This document shows, piece by piece, positions 27,768 through 37,918 of a stretch of 64,000 bases of DNA. Position numbers and translations under genes: made by a program. Numbering within the stretch: position 1 is the first letter of the stretch; each line of letters starts with the position of its first letter. The notes beneath the pieces were generated by a model, which was not told the DNA's origin, did not search any database, and was given only the letters and a program-made list of their open reading frames with translations. Source of the DNA: Nitrospinales bacterium (GTDB taxonomy: Bacteria; Nitrospinota; Nitrospinia; Nitrospinales; VA-1); assembly GCA_965223795.1 (NCBI GenBank), contig CBDCXL010000002.1:1792001-1856000 (forward strand). The letters are read 5' to 3'.

Positions 27768-29968
27768 ATGAACACCACCTCTCAAAATCGAGCCGCTGTT
27801 TTTTTTTAATCATTTTTCCCTGGCTCGTCTATCTTGCGACCGTTTCGCCCACGATCAACCACAGAGATTCGCCTGAATTCGTCGCGGCGGCGTACACCCT
27901 CGGCATCAGTCATCCGGCAGGATTTCCGCTTTACAGTCTATTAGCCAAGGCGGCCACGTTTGTTCCTTTTGGCAGCATCGCGTTCAAGGTCAATCTTTTT
28001 TCGGTCCTGTTTGCCTGCGCCACGCTCACGGCCTTGTATTTCGCCGCGACCCGGCTGCTTGCGCATCTTTACCGGAAAGACAACCCTGCGGCGTTCGTGT
28101 GGCCGGCGTTTCTGGCTGCGGGGCTGCTGGCGTTCTGCGCCCCGTTCTGGCTGCACGCTCTGGTCGCGGAAGTGTACACGCTGCACGCCTTTTTCATCTG
28201 CGTCCTCATCGTGCTTTTGCTTTTGTGGCGCGAGAAGGACGACGTCCGCTATCTGTACGGCGCCGCCCTGCTGTACGGTCTGAGCGCCGGCAATCACGCC
28301 ACGGTGGCGTTTTTGCTGCCCGCGATCCTGGTGGTGTTTTTCGCGTGGTGCCGCAAGGACACAGGCAGGCACCTGGCCGCATGCACGGCGTTTTTCCTGA
28401 TCGGCCTTTCGGTGTACAGCTACCTGCCCGTCCGTTCCATGACGGAGCCGTCTTTGGACTGGGGCAATCCGGAAACGGTGGAGCGGTTTTTGTATCAGGT
28501 CACCGACCGTAAGGACGCGGGCACGCATTTTTCCGTTCTGCGGTCGTCCGCGGGTGCCGAAGACGCGGGTCTTATAGGGGCGGCGGGCGCGGCGTGGAAC
28601 GCGGCTGCGCGAGTGCTGCGGTCTTTCTGTTCGGACATCGGTCAGAACCTGACCTGGATCGCGTTGTTCGGTTTTTTTGCGGGCATCTATTTCATCCTGC
28701 GGAGAAACCCGGCACTGACCGCGTTTTTTCTGCTCATCGTGGCGGTCAACGCGACGTTTTTCGCGCACTGGAGAGAGGAAAGTTTCATCCCGTCCTACAT
28801 CGTGGTGTGTTTGTTCACCGCCGTCGCCCTGTACGCGGTGTTTTTCAGAAAACTCGATGCGGATGCGGAACAGCTCGGACGTCACCCGGCGATCCTGGCG
28901 ACGCAGAAGGCGTTCACGCAAATGGACTGGCCCAAGGCCATCGTGCCGGCGCTGGTGTGCGTGATCGGCTGGAATGCGTTCACCGGTTATCCCAGGGTGG
29001 ACCGCTCGGATCTGTACTTCGGCGAGACCTGGCTCAAGCGCGTGTTCCTGTCGCTGGAAAACCGCAGCGTGTTCGTCACCGGAAACTCGTGGTTCGACTA
29101 TTTCTACAATCAGGATGTGGCCCGCCTGCGCGACGACGTGACCGCAGTGAAAGCCTGGGACTTTCTCGATACGGAGCCGCCGGCGATCCTGACGGCGCGG
29201 CGCTATCCCGATCTCGACCTGCCGGACGCCACCGCCCACAGTTTTCAGTCGCGGGAAGGGGCGCAGCGCTATCTCAACGCCTTCATCGACGCCAACAAAG
29301 ACCGGCGGCCCATTCTGATGGATCAGAACATCACGTTCTTCGAACAGCTGCCGATGGAGCCGCGGTTTGAGCCGTACAAAAACATCCTGCTCAAATTCGA
29401 CAACGGTGCAAAAGCGAAACCGGAAGCCGGCCTGGCGGCGTTTGAACAATTCAAAGCCCTGATGACCGGCGAACTCAAGAAGCCGGGGATCGAGCGCACG
29501 GAATGGATCACCAAGATTTCGTTCTACATTCCCTCGTTCGCGCGTTATTTTCACGCGACGCAACGCTATTCCGAGGAACGCGCGGTGCTGAAACTGATGC
29601 ACGATTTCCTCGGACATCAGGGACTGACCTGGCTGTTTCAGATGACGGACAACCTGATTTTGGACGGCCAGACCGTGCTCGCGGAAGCGCATCTTGAAAT
29701 GATGCGGGAACGCTTCCCGGATCACTATGAAACGCACCTGGCGCAGGGGCTCTTCCATCTGGCACTGAAAGAATACGAACAATCCATTCGCGCGCTCAAG
29801 ACCGCGGCGGCAAAGAACCCGTCCGGTTTCCGCCCTTATCTGGAACTGGCGAGAGCGTACCACGAATTGGGCGAGCGGGAACGCGCCCAGGAGGAGCGCG
29901 CCCGCGCGCAGCAGCGCATTCGGACTTTAGGCGACCTTGAAAAGGTGCGCGGGCTGCCGGTGGGTTGA
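27768..29968 (+). CDS. DUF2723/TMEM260-like GT-C membrane glycosyltransferase with C-terminal TPR; frame interrupted at a T9 run (27799-27807)
   Basis: The frame upstream of track ORF 28034 encodes PWLVYLATVSPTINHRDSPEFVAAAYTLGISHPAGFPLY (DUF2723 signature); also AEVYTLH, GNH, YSYLPVR, DWGNP; ATG 27768 joins this frame if one T is added. Confidence 0.8.
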
Positions 29969-30025
29969 GGGTGCGCGGAGAATGAGGACCCCTTTTTTAT
30001 CAACGCATGAAACGCAGACAGCAGA

Positions 30026-31003
30026 ATGTATAAACAAAAATCCATAGCCGTCGTGGTTCCCGCTCACAACGAAGAGCGGCTGATCCTGAGAGTGCTGCAG
30101 ACGATGCCCGACTGGGTCGACAAGGTCTTCGTGGTGGACGACTGCAGCCGGGACCGGACCGCGGAAATCGTGCGCCGCCACATCAAGGAGGACCCGCGCG
30201 TCAAGCTCATCCGCCACGAGGAAAACGGCGGTGTCGGCGCCGCCATCCGCACCGGCTACAAGGCAAGCGTCAAGCAGGAATGCGACATCGCGGTGGTGAT
30301 GGCGGGCGACGCGCAGATGGACCCGCAGGACCTGGAAAAAGTGGTGCGTCCGGTGGCGGAAGACAAGGCCGACTACTGCAAGGGCAACCGGCTGTTCGAA
30401 GGCCAGTCCTGGGACGTCATTCCGCGCTACCGCTACATCGGCAACGCGGTGCTGTCCCTGCTCACGAAAATCGCCAGCGGCTACTGGCATGTGGCGGACT
30501 CGCAGTGCGGCTTCACCGCCATATCGAGAGAAGCGTTACTAGCGATCGACGTGGATTCCATCTATCCGCGCTACGGGATGCCCAACGACATGCTGGTCAA
30601 GCTCAACATCGCCAACCAGCGCGTGTGCGACGTATCCATCCGTCCTGTGTACAACATCGGCGAGGTCTCGGGCATCCGGGTCTCGCGCGTCGTCACCTCC
30701 ATTTCGCGGCTTCTGGTTGCCAGCTTCTTCAAACGCCTGCTGCACAAATACGTCATTCGGGACTTCCATCCCCTCATCTTCTTTTACACGCTGGGCATGG
30801 TTTCCTTTCCCACCGGGGTTCTGAGCGGCCTGTACCTGTTTTGCTACCGGTTTTCCATCGGCCCGGTCTCGGTCACCAGCGCCCTGTTCTCGGCGTTTCT
30901 GGTCATTTCCGGCCTGCAGTTCCTGCTGTTCGCCATGTGGTTCGACATGGAATGCAACAAGCACCTCAAAGGCTACCTGAACGACCGCAGAAGCGGCTCC
31001 TGA
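30026..31003 (+). CDS. GT2 glycosyltransferase, polyprenol-phosphate sugar synthase (DPM1/Ppm1/GtrB-like)
   Basis: VVVPAHNEE, VVDDCSRD, NGGVGAA, GDAQMDP, DSQCGF; two C-terminal TM helices. Confidence 0.85.
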   Translation: MYKQKSIAVVVPAHNEERLILRVLQTMPDWVDKVFVVDDCSRDRTAEIVRRHIKEDPRVKLIRHEENGGVGAAIRTGYKASVKQECDIAVVMAGDAQMDPQDLEKVVRPVAEDKADYCKGNRLFEGQSWDVIPRYRYIGNAVLSLLTKIASGYWHVADSQCGFTAISREALLAIDVDSIYPRYGMPNDMLVKLNIANQRVCDVSIRPVYNIGEVSGIRVSRVVTSISRLLVASFFKRLLHKYVIRDFHPLIFFYTLGMVSFPTGVLSGLYLFCYRFSIGPVSVTSALFSAFLVISGLQFLLFAMWFDMECNKHLKGYLNDRRSGS

Positions 31004-31200
31004 CTCTGAAAGCCCCTGTAAAACCGTCACTTTTTCCTGAACCTGCCTTTCCGGGCCCGATTTCGGGCCGGGCCGGACTCCAGAAACCCGATATCCGGGC
31101 CTGAGCGGCGGAATATTGCCGGAAAGAATGCCGCCCCTGCCGGGGTTCGGACCGGCTTTAGATGGTTGATTTTACAGGCGTCCAGCCGGCCGTTATCCTA

Positions 31201-31229
31201 TTGAATCCAAAGGGGTAACCCGATATAAT
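31201..31229 (+). promoter_or_regulatory. Sigma70 promoter TTGAAT-N17-TATAAT ending 6 nt before the nadB ATG
   Basis: Consensus -10 and correct spacing. Confidence 0.65.
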
Positions 31230-31235
31230 GGGACG

Positions 31236-32897
31236 ATGAGCACGCAAAAGGACTTTTTGGTTCTCGGAAGCGGTGTGGCGGGCCTGACTTATGCGCTCAA
31301 GGTCGCGGATTTTGGTTCCGTGGGCATCCTGACCAAGGACGCGCTCGAGGAGTCGGCCACGAAATACGCCCAGGGTGGAATCGCCTCGGTCATGGCGGAG
31401 GACGATTCCTGCGATCTGCACGTGCAGGACACCCTGCAGGCGGGACGCGGGCTGTGCCGGGAGGACGTCGTTCGCATCATCTGCCGGGAAGGCCCCGCGC
31501 GGGTGCGCGAGCTCATCGGCCTGGGCGCGCAGTTCGACCGCACCCACAGCAAGGAATACCACCTGAGCCGCGAAGGCGGCCATTCCAAGCACCGGATTCT
31601 GCACGCCAACGACCTCACCGGCTGGGAAATCGAACGCACCCTGATCGAAGCGGTGCACCAGAAAGAAAACATCGAGGTGTTCCCGCACCATATGGCCATC
31701 GACCTCATCACCCTGGCGCGTCTCGATCCTTCGGTGACGCCGGGCAGCGAGCAGGATGAGGCGCTGGGGCTTTACGCGCTCGATATCAAGAACAACCGGG
31801 TGAAAACGTTCCTCGGACGTGTGACGCTGCTGGCCACGGGCGGCGCCGGCAAGGTCTACCTGTACACGTCGAATCCCGACACGGCCACCGGAGACGGCGT
31901 GGCCATCGCTTTTCGGGCAGGGGCTGAGATCGCCAACATGGAATTTTTCCAGTTTCACCCCACCTGCCTGTACCACCCGAAAGCCAAGTCGTTTCTCATC
32001 TCCGAGACGGTGCGCGGCGAGGGCGGCATCCTGCGCCTGCAAAACGGCCAGACCTTCATGGAAAAATACCACCCGCTCGGTTGCCTGGCTCCGCGGGACA
32101 TCGTGGCCCGCGCCATCGATCACGAGATGAAGCAGAGCGGCGACGACTGCGTGTTTCTCGACGTGACGCACATCGAGGGCTACCGCAGCCGCGAGCGCTT
32201 TCCCAATATCTACAAGACCTGTCTGGAATTCGGCTTCGACATGGCCAAAGAACCGATCCCCGTCGTTCCCGCGGCGCATTATATGTGCGGCGGGGTGGTG
32301 GTGGACGCCAGCGGACAGACCAACATCAAACGGCTGCTGGCGAGCGGAGAGGTGTGCTATTCGGGACTGCACGGGGCCAACCGGCTGGCGTCCAACTCGC
32401 TGCTGGAAGGGCTGGTGCTGTCGCACCGCGGCGTGGACCGGGCGGCGTCGCTGCTCATGCAGGACGGGGCGCTGGATCGGCTTTCCGGTTCGATTCCCAA
32501 GTGGGACAGCGGCAGCGCGGTGGAGAGCGATGAGGAAGTGGTGGTCTCGCACAACTGGGACGAGATCCGCCGGCTGATGTGGAATTACGTCGGCATCGTG
32601 CGTTCCAGCAAACGCCTGCAGCGCGCGCAACGGCGCATCCGGCTGCTGCTCGATGAAATTCAGGAATACTACTGGAACTTCAACATCACTAAAAACACGC
32701 TGGAGCTGAGAAACATCGCCATCACCGCGGACCTCATCATCCGCGGCGCGATGGAGCGGAAAGAAAGCCGCGGCCTGCACTACAACCTCGACCATCCCGA
32801 GACCGACGACGCGAACTGGAATCGTGACACCGTTTTCCAGGACGTCACGTCCCGTCCGATCCCCCAAAAACCTTCACGAGCGGTTCGCAATGAATGA
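31236..32897 (+). CDS. nadB: L-aspartate oxidase
   Basis: GSGVAG, YAQGGIA, EGGHS, FFQFHPT, AAHYMCGG, LHGANRLASNSLLEG, ESRGLHY. Confidence 0.96.
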   Translation: MSTQKDFLVLGSGVAGLTYALKVADFGSVGILTKDALEESATKYAQGGIASVMAEDDSCDLHVQDTLQAGRGLCREDVVRIICREGPARVRELIGLGAQFDRTHSKEYHLSREGGHSKHRILHANDLTGWEIERTLIEAVHQKENIEVFPHHMAIDLITLARLDPSVTPGSEQDEALGLYALDIKNNRVKTFLGRVTLLATGGAGKVYLYTSNPDTATGDGVAIAFRAGAEIANMEFFQFHPTCLYHPKAKSFLISETVRGEGGILRLQNGQTFMEKYHPLGCLAPRDIVARAIDHEMKQSGDDCVFLDVTHIEGYRSRERFPNIYKTCLEFGFDMAKEPIPVVPAAHYMCGGVVVDASGQTNIKRLLASGEVCYSGLHGANRLASNSLLEGLVLSHRGVDRAASLLMQDGALDRLSGSIPKWDSGSAVESDEEVVVSHNWDEIRRLMWNYVGIVRSSKRLQRAQRRIRLLLDEIQEYYWNFNITKNTLELRNIAITADLIIRGAMERKESRGLHYNLDHPETDDANWNRDTVFQDVTSRPIPQKPSRAVRNE

Positions 32898-35265
32898 GAA
32901 AACCCTTTCCATTTTCATCCGGGACTTCCTGGGCATTCTCGCCCTGGCGTTCACCGTGTTCGCCGTCCTCTCCCTGGTGACGTATTCCCCGGCCGATCCT
33001 TCGATCCACAACGCGGTCGCCGGCAAGACGGAAGTGAAAAATCTCGGCGGCCTGGTGGGCGCCTACCTTTCCGACACCCTGGTGCAGACGTTCGGAACCT
33101 GCGCGTTCTTTTTTCCCATCATCACGCTGATCGCCGGCTGGGCGTTGATCCGCGGCAAGGCGTTCGTGCACTGGCCGCTCATCTTTCTTTCGGGCGTGCT
33201 GTTTATCGGCAGCCTGTGCGCGCTGCTGGCGGTGCTGCTCGATACCGACCCCTATTTCGGCAAGCGGGTGCAGACGGGCGGATACGCGGGAACGGTGCTC
33301 GGCTATTACTCTCAGGCGTGGCTCAACAAAACGGGGGCGATCCTCACTCTCTCGACGCTGGTGTTCATGTCGCTGCTCGCCATGACGCGGACCCCTGTCA
33401 ACGTTCTGGTGGATCTTTTCAAAGGCGCGGTGGGCGCCGTTTTTGAATGGATCGGTGAGTGGGCGGCGGGCGTGATGGAGCGGATCGGGGAATGGTTCGG
33501 GGAAGTGCGGGCGGAACGCGCCGAGCGCGCCGAACAGCGCGCCGAAGAAAAGAAAAATGCACGGCCCAAGAAAGAGCCGGTGATCGTGACGCACACGCCG
33601 CCGGAGCCCGAGGCCAGCGCGGCGCTGGTGGAAACCAAGCCGAAGAAGAAAAAACAGCCGCCGAAAATCATAGAGACGCCGTTCACCGAAGAAGAATTCG
33701 TTGTGGAAGAGGACGAGGAGGAAGAAGAGGAGACCGGCGATTATCAGGTGCCGCCGCTGTCGCTGCTTGCGGATCCTCCCGAAAAAATGGATTCCGAGGA
33801 ACTGCGGGAAGAGATTCTGCACAACAGTTCGGTGCTGGAACAGAAACTCGCGGACTTCGGCATCGAGGGGCGCGTGGTGCAGGTGCTGCCGGGGCCGGTC
33901 ATCACGCTGTTTGAATTCGAACTGGCGCCGGGCATCAAGGTGAGCCGGATCATGTCGCTGTCGGACGATCTGGCGCTGGCCATGCGCGCCATGAGCATCC
34001 GCATCCTGGCGCCGGTGCCGGGGAAATCGGTGGTGGGCATCGAGATCCCCAACACGAAAAAGGAAACGGTTTATTTCAAGGAAATCATGTGCTCGGCGGC
34101 CTTTCACGAATCGGATTCGCCGCTCACGCTGGCCATCGGCAAGGACAACATCGGCCAGCCCATGGTGCAGGACCTGGCGACGGTGCCGCATCTGCTCATG
34201 GCCGGGTCCACCGGATCGGGCAAGAGCGTCGGGCTCAACTCGATGATCTGCAGCATCCTGCTGAACGCCTCTCCCGATGAAGTGAAGATGATCATGGTCG
34301 ATCCGAAAATGCTGGAGCTTTCCATCTACGACGGCATTCCGCACCTGATCGCGCCGGTGGTCACCAACCCGAAAAAAGCCGCGGCGGCGCTGCAATGGGC
34401 GGTCACGGAAATGGAAAACCGCTACAAGATGATGGCCAAGGCGGGCGTCCGCAATATCAAAGGGTACAACGAATACGTCGAATCGCTTTGGGAAGAGGAA
34501 GACGAGGAAGAAGAGGATGAGGAGGAGGAACTCGAAGAAGAGGCCTACGAAGACGAGGAAGGTGAAGAGGAAGAGGATGGGGACGAGGAGGAAGCCGAAC
34601 TTCCCGAGAAGCTTCCCTACATCGTGGTGCTGATCGATGAACTGGCGGACCTCATGATGGTCGCGTCCAAAGGCGTGGAAGAGTCGCTGACGCGGCTCGC
34701 GCAGATGGCGCGCGCGGCGGGCATTCACCTGATCGTCGCGACGCAGCGTCCTTCGGTGGACGTGCTGACAGGAATCATCAAGGCGAACTTTCCGGCGCGC
34801 ATCTCGTACAAGGTCACCTCCAGGGTGGACTCGAGGACCATTCTCGACTCGATGGGCGCGGACCGGCTTTTGGGCAAGGGAGACATGCTGTTCCTGGCGC
34901 CGGGCACGTCCAAGCTGATGCGCATCCACGGTGCGATGGTGAGCGACGCGGAGATCAACCGCATCGTCAGCGCCATCAAGCAACAGAAAAAACCGGACTA
35001 TCAGGAAGAAATCTTCGATGCCGTGCAGGCGGAAGGCAAGTCCGAGGATGAAAACGAAGAGTTCGATGAGAAGTACGATGAAGCGGTGGCCATCGTGGCC
35101 AAGGACCGCCAGGCTTCCATCTCTTACATACAGCGTCGACTTCGGATCGGCTACAACCGTGCCGCCCGGATTATAGAAACCATGGAAAAAGAGGGCGTGG
35201 TGGGTCCCTCCGATGGGGTCAAACCGCGTGAAATCTATGTCAAACCGATACTGCTCGAAGAATAA
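32890..35265 (+). CDS. ftsK: DNA translocase FtsK
   Basis: N-terminal TM domain, Walker A AGSTGSGKS, DPKMLEL, IDELADLM, ATQRPSVDV, gamma domain QRRLRIGYNRAARI. Confidence 0.97.
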   Translation: MNEKTLSIFIRDFLGILALAFTVFAVLSLVTYSPADPSIHNAVAGKTEVKNLGGLVGAYLSDTLVQTFGTCAFFFPIITLIAGWALIRGKAFVHWPLIFLSGVLFIGSLCALLAVLLDTDPYFGKRVQTGGYAGTVLGYYSQAWLNKTGAILTLSTLVFMSLLAMTRTPVNVLVDLFKGAVGAVFEWIGEWAAGVMERIGEWFGEVRAERAERAEQRAEEKKNARPKKEPVIVTHTPPEPEASAALVETKPKKKKQPPKIIETPFTEEEFVVEEDEEEEEETGDYQVPPLSLLADPPEKMDSEELREEILHNSSVLEQKLADFGIEGRVVQVLPGPVITLFEFELAPGIKVSRIMSLSDDLALAMRAMSIRILAPVPGKSVVGIEIPNTKKETVYFKEIMCSAAFHESDSPLTLAIGKDNIGQPMVQDLATVPHLLMAGSTGSGKSVGLNSMICSILLNASPDEVKMIMVDPKMLELSIYDGIPHLIAPVVTNPKKAAAALQWAVTEMENRYKMMAKAGVRNIKGYNEYVESLWEEEDEEEEDEEEELEEEAYEDEEGEEEEDGDEEEAELPEKLPYIVVLIDELADLMMVASKGVEESLTRLAQMARAAGIHLIVATQRPSVDVLTGIIKANFPARISYKVTSRVDSRTILDSMGADRLLGKGDMLFLAPGTSKLMRIHGAMVSDAEINRIVSAIKQQKKPDYQEEIFDAVQAEGKSEDENEEFDEKYDEAVAIVAKDRQASISYIQRRLRIGYNRAARIIETMEKEGVVGPSDGVKPREIYVKPILLEE

Positions 35266-36151
35266 ATTCATTCTCAAGGGTTTCTCTGTGGCGGCGGCAA
35301 CGGCACTTCTGATCGGCTTTGTGTTCCCGTTTCAGGGACAGGCGGGTGTCTACACCTGGAAGGACGCCAATGGCAAAGTGCACTACACGGACAAGCTGCA
35401 TAAAATCCCGCCGCAATACCGCAGCAAGGACAAGGGGTTCAAGAAATTCAAAAACGCCCGGCCGGCGGCGCGTGTGCCCGGCATGCAGATGCCGACACCG
35501 GCGAGCCTGACCCCCGGCGTGTTTCAGAAACAGGAGCATGTGATTCCCCTGATCCCGACGCGCGGCGGCAACTTCATGGCCGAGGTGGTGCTGAACGACA
35601 AGGTGACGGCGCATCTGATGGTCGACACCGGCGCTTCGCTGGTGACGCTTTCCAAGGAGGTGGGCGAGCGGCTCGGGTTCACTTCTTTCCGGGACAAGCC
35701 GCAGATCCCCTTCAACACGGCGGGCGGCACCGTCTGGATGCCGATGATCGCACTCGACACGGTGCGTGTCGGCAACGCGGAGGTGAGCCTCGTCGAGGCG
35801 AGCCTCAACGACAAGATGGGCGACCTCGACGGTCTTCTGGGCATGAGCTTTCTCGGAGATTACCGGGTGGAGATGGATCAGGCGCGATCGCGCATGGTCC
35901 TGCGTCCTCTTGGAGATCCCGCGGAAGAGGCCTGGGACGGGAAAACCGCCATGTGGTGGAAATCGCGTTTTCTGAACTACACCAACAAGATCCGCGATTT
36001 CGAGACGGAAGCCGGGCGGCTGCAGAAAGCGCACCACCCGCAGGCGGACAAGATGTTCAAAATGGTCGGCTTCTACAAGGACCTGCACCGCAAGCTCGAC
36101 CTCAGGGCCTCCAAGGCCGGGGTCCCGATGATATACCGTTCTTACCGTTGA
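35237..36151 (+). CDS. Secreted retropepsin-like aspartyl protease with N-terminal DUF4124-like domain (start uncertain)
   Basis: VYTWKDANGKVHYTD; MVDTGAS catalytic motif; TAGG; GLLGMSFL. Confidence 0.85.
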   Translation: MSNRYCSKNKFILKGFSVAAATALLIGFVFPFQGQAGVYTWKDANGKVHYTDKLHKIPPQYRSKDKGFKKFKNARPAARVPGMQMPTPASLTPGVFQKQEHVIPLIPTRGGNFMAEVVLNDKVTAHLMVDTGASLVTLSKEVGERLGFTSFRDKPQIPFNTAGGTVWMPMIALDTVRVGNAEVSLVEASLNDKMGDLDGLLGMSFLGDYRVEMDQARSRMVLRPLGDPAEEAWDGKTAMWWKSRFLNYTNKIRDFETEAGRLQKAHHPQADKMFKMVGFYKDLHRKLDLRASKAGVPMIYRSYR

Positions 36152-36198
36152 ACCTGAAAGCGGGCGCGGAGCGTAAATCGACGCGCTGCCTCTGAATC

Positions 36199-36984
36199 AT
36201 GGAACACGACTCCCGGCCCGCCTCACGCAAACCGGACGCTCCGGTTTTGTTCGTGCTGATGGGAGCCAGCAATCTCCACCGCGGCCACGTGTCGCTGGTG
36301 GAGGGCCTCACACGGTCGCTTTCTCCCCGCAAAGTAAAATTTCTCACAGCCCTGGGGCCGGGTCGGGCCTACTGCGCGGAAGGCGGCATGCTGTCGATCC
36401 GCTACCCGGCGATCGGAACGTGCGGCATTGTGGAAGCGGCGAAGCGGCAAAGGCCCGCGGGCGGACGGGTGGTGGCGCTGGTCACCGATATCGGCTCCGA
36501 TATCATGTACAATGTGCCCGTCGCAACGATCTGCTCCACCCTGGAGCGGATTTTCCAGGAATTGATGGCTCTGGACGCCGATGTGTTCGTGACCGAAATC
36601 CCGGTGGATATGAAAAGGGACGTCTCGCCTTTGCAGTTCACTCTCATCAAACGCCTGTTCTATCCGTTCAGCCCGTTGCGTTTCGAGACGGTGGGCGAGG
36701 CGGTCGAATCGATCAATGCGTTTGTCCGCCGCTCGGCAAAGGGGCGCGTACACCTGCTTCCCAACATGCAGCCGCACTGCGGCTGGGATAAAATCCATTA
36801 CGCAACGTTCCAATGCCACCGGGTCTGGAACCAGGTGGCTGCCGAATTGCTCGCGGCGCTGGATGCAACCCCCGCCAGGGCCATCGGGCCGGGTTCCATC
36901 GCGCGGTCCATGATCTCGGGCATGAGCCGCCTGTTGTTTTGCGATTTCGTGCCGATCCGCAAAAAAGCGCCCGGCCTGTTTTGA
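36199..36984 (+). CDS. Hypothetical protein, SGNH/GDSL-like fold
   Basis: LMGASN, TDIGSDI and DKIH resemble SGNH blocks I, III and V. Confidence 0.55.
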   Translation: MEHDSRPASRKPDAPVLFVLMGASNLHRGHVSLVEGLTRSLSPRKVKFLTALGPGRAYCAEGGMLSIRYPAIGTCGIVEAAKRQRPAGGRVVALVTDIGSDIMYNVPVATICSTLERIFQELMALDADVFVTEIPVDMKRDVSPLQFTLIKRLFYPFSPLRFETVGEAVESINAFVRRSAKGRVHLLPNMQPHCGWDKIHYATFQCHRVWNQVAAELLAALDATPARAIGPGSIARSMISGMSRLLFCDFVPIRKKAPGLF

Positions 36985-37001
36985 GGCCTGGAGCCGCTCT
37001 C

Positions 37002-37784
37002 ATGGGTATCCTGCGCGCCGTCCTCCGCACCGTTTTCCTTGTCACAATGTATTTTCTGTTTGCGCTGACCGGTGTGCTTGTCCTGCCGCTGCGTTTTTTC
37101 TCCTCTAAGCGTCATCTCAAGGTGCTCACGGTGCTGACCCGCGCCTGGGCTGTGGTGTCCTGCATCGGGTTCAATATCCGGGTGCGGGTCGAGGGGAAAC
37201 GCCAGATTGCTCCGGGTTCGCTGATCGTGTCGAACCACGTGGGCACGCCGGACATCTTCGTTCTGGGCTCGTGCTTTCCGGCGTTTTTCGTTTCCAAATC
37301 CGAAATCGCAAACTGGCCGCTGTTCAACCTTATGGCCCGTCTGGGCTGCACGGTTTTCGCCGAGCGCGCCCGCAGGCAGCAGGTTGCCGAGCTGGTCGAA
37401 AAAATCCGGGAACGTTTGAACAGCGGCTGTTCCGTGATTCTGTTTCCCGAAGGCGGCGCCACCGACGGGGCGGATGTGATCGCGTTCAAGTCCTCGCCTT
37501 TCGAGGCGGCGGCGCAGTCCGGCTCGCCAGTGGTGCCGGTGACCATCCTGTATCACGACGGCAACCGCCCTTCGGTGGCCTGCTGGTACTACATGACGTT
37601 TTTCAGGCATATCCTGAGGCTGCTCAAGCAGCCCCGGCTCGATGCCACCTGCATCGTCCATGCTGAGGTCCACGGTGAAGCCGACCGGCGCCGGCTGGCC
37701 GAGACCAGCCGCGCCCGCATCCGGGAGGCGCACCGGGCCCGCACGGGGGCCGGAAATACCGATACGGGTGCAGGCGCTTCGTGA
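37002..37784 (+). CDS. Lysophospholipid acyltransferase (PlsC family)
   Basis: SNHVGTPD (HX4D), FVSKSEI, LFPEG, FK, VVPV. Confidence 0.88.
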   Translation: MGILRAVLRTVFLVTMYFLFALTGVLVLPLRFFSSKRHLKVLTVLTRAWAVVSCIGFNIRVRVEGKRQIAPGSLIVSNHVGTPDIFVLGSCFPAFFVSKSEIANWPLFNLMARLGCTVFAERARRQQVAELVEKIRERLNSGCSVILFPEGGATDGADVIAFKSSPFEAAAQSGSPVVPVTILYHDGNRPSVACWYYMTFFRHILRLLKQPRLDATCIVHAEVHGEADRRRLAETSRARIREAHRARTGAGNTDTGAGAS

Positions 37785-37918
37785 TGCCGGACTTGTCTAT
37801 TTACGGAAACGTGTTTTAATAAGGGCCTCAAAAATTCCCCTGTTTCCGGCGGGCTGCCGTTGTTTCGCGCCTGGAAACGGATCGTCATGACGCAAAACCT
37901 TAAAATCGGAACGCAACG

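Noticed and set aside
28034..28036. TTG start given by the ORF track for the GT-C gene
   Set aside because: It would omit the conserved DSPEF/HPAG N-terminal region that is in frame upstream
32845..35277. 810-aa minus-strand ORF, and similar antisense ORFs over fabF, pilM, pilP, pilQ, nadB, leuS and the GT-C gene
   Set aside because: Exact antisense shadows of well-supported genes, explained by codon bias
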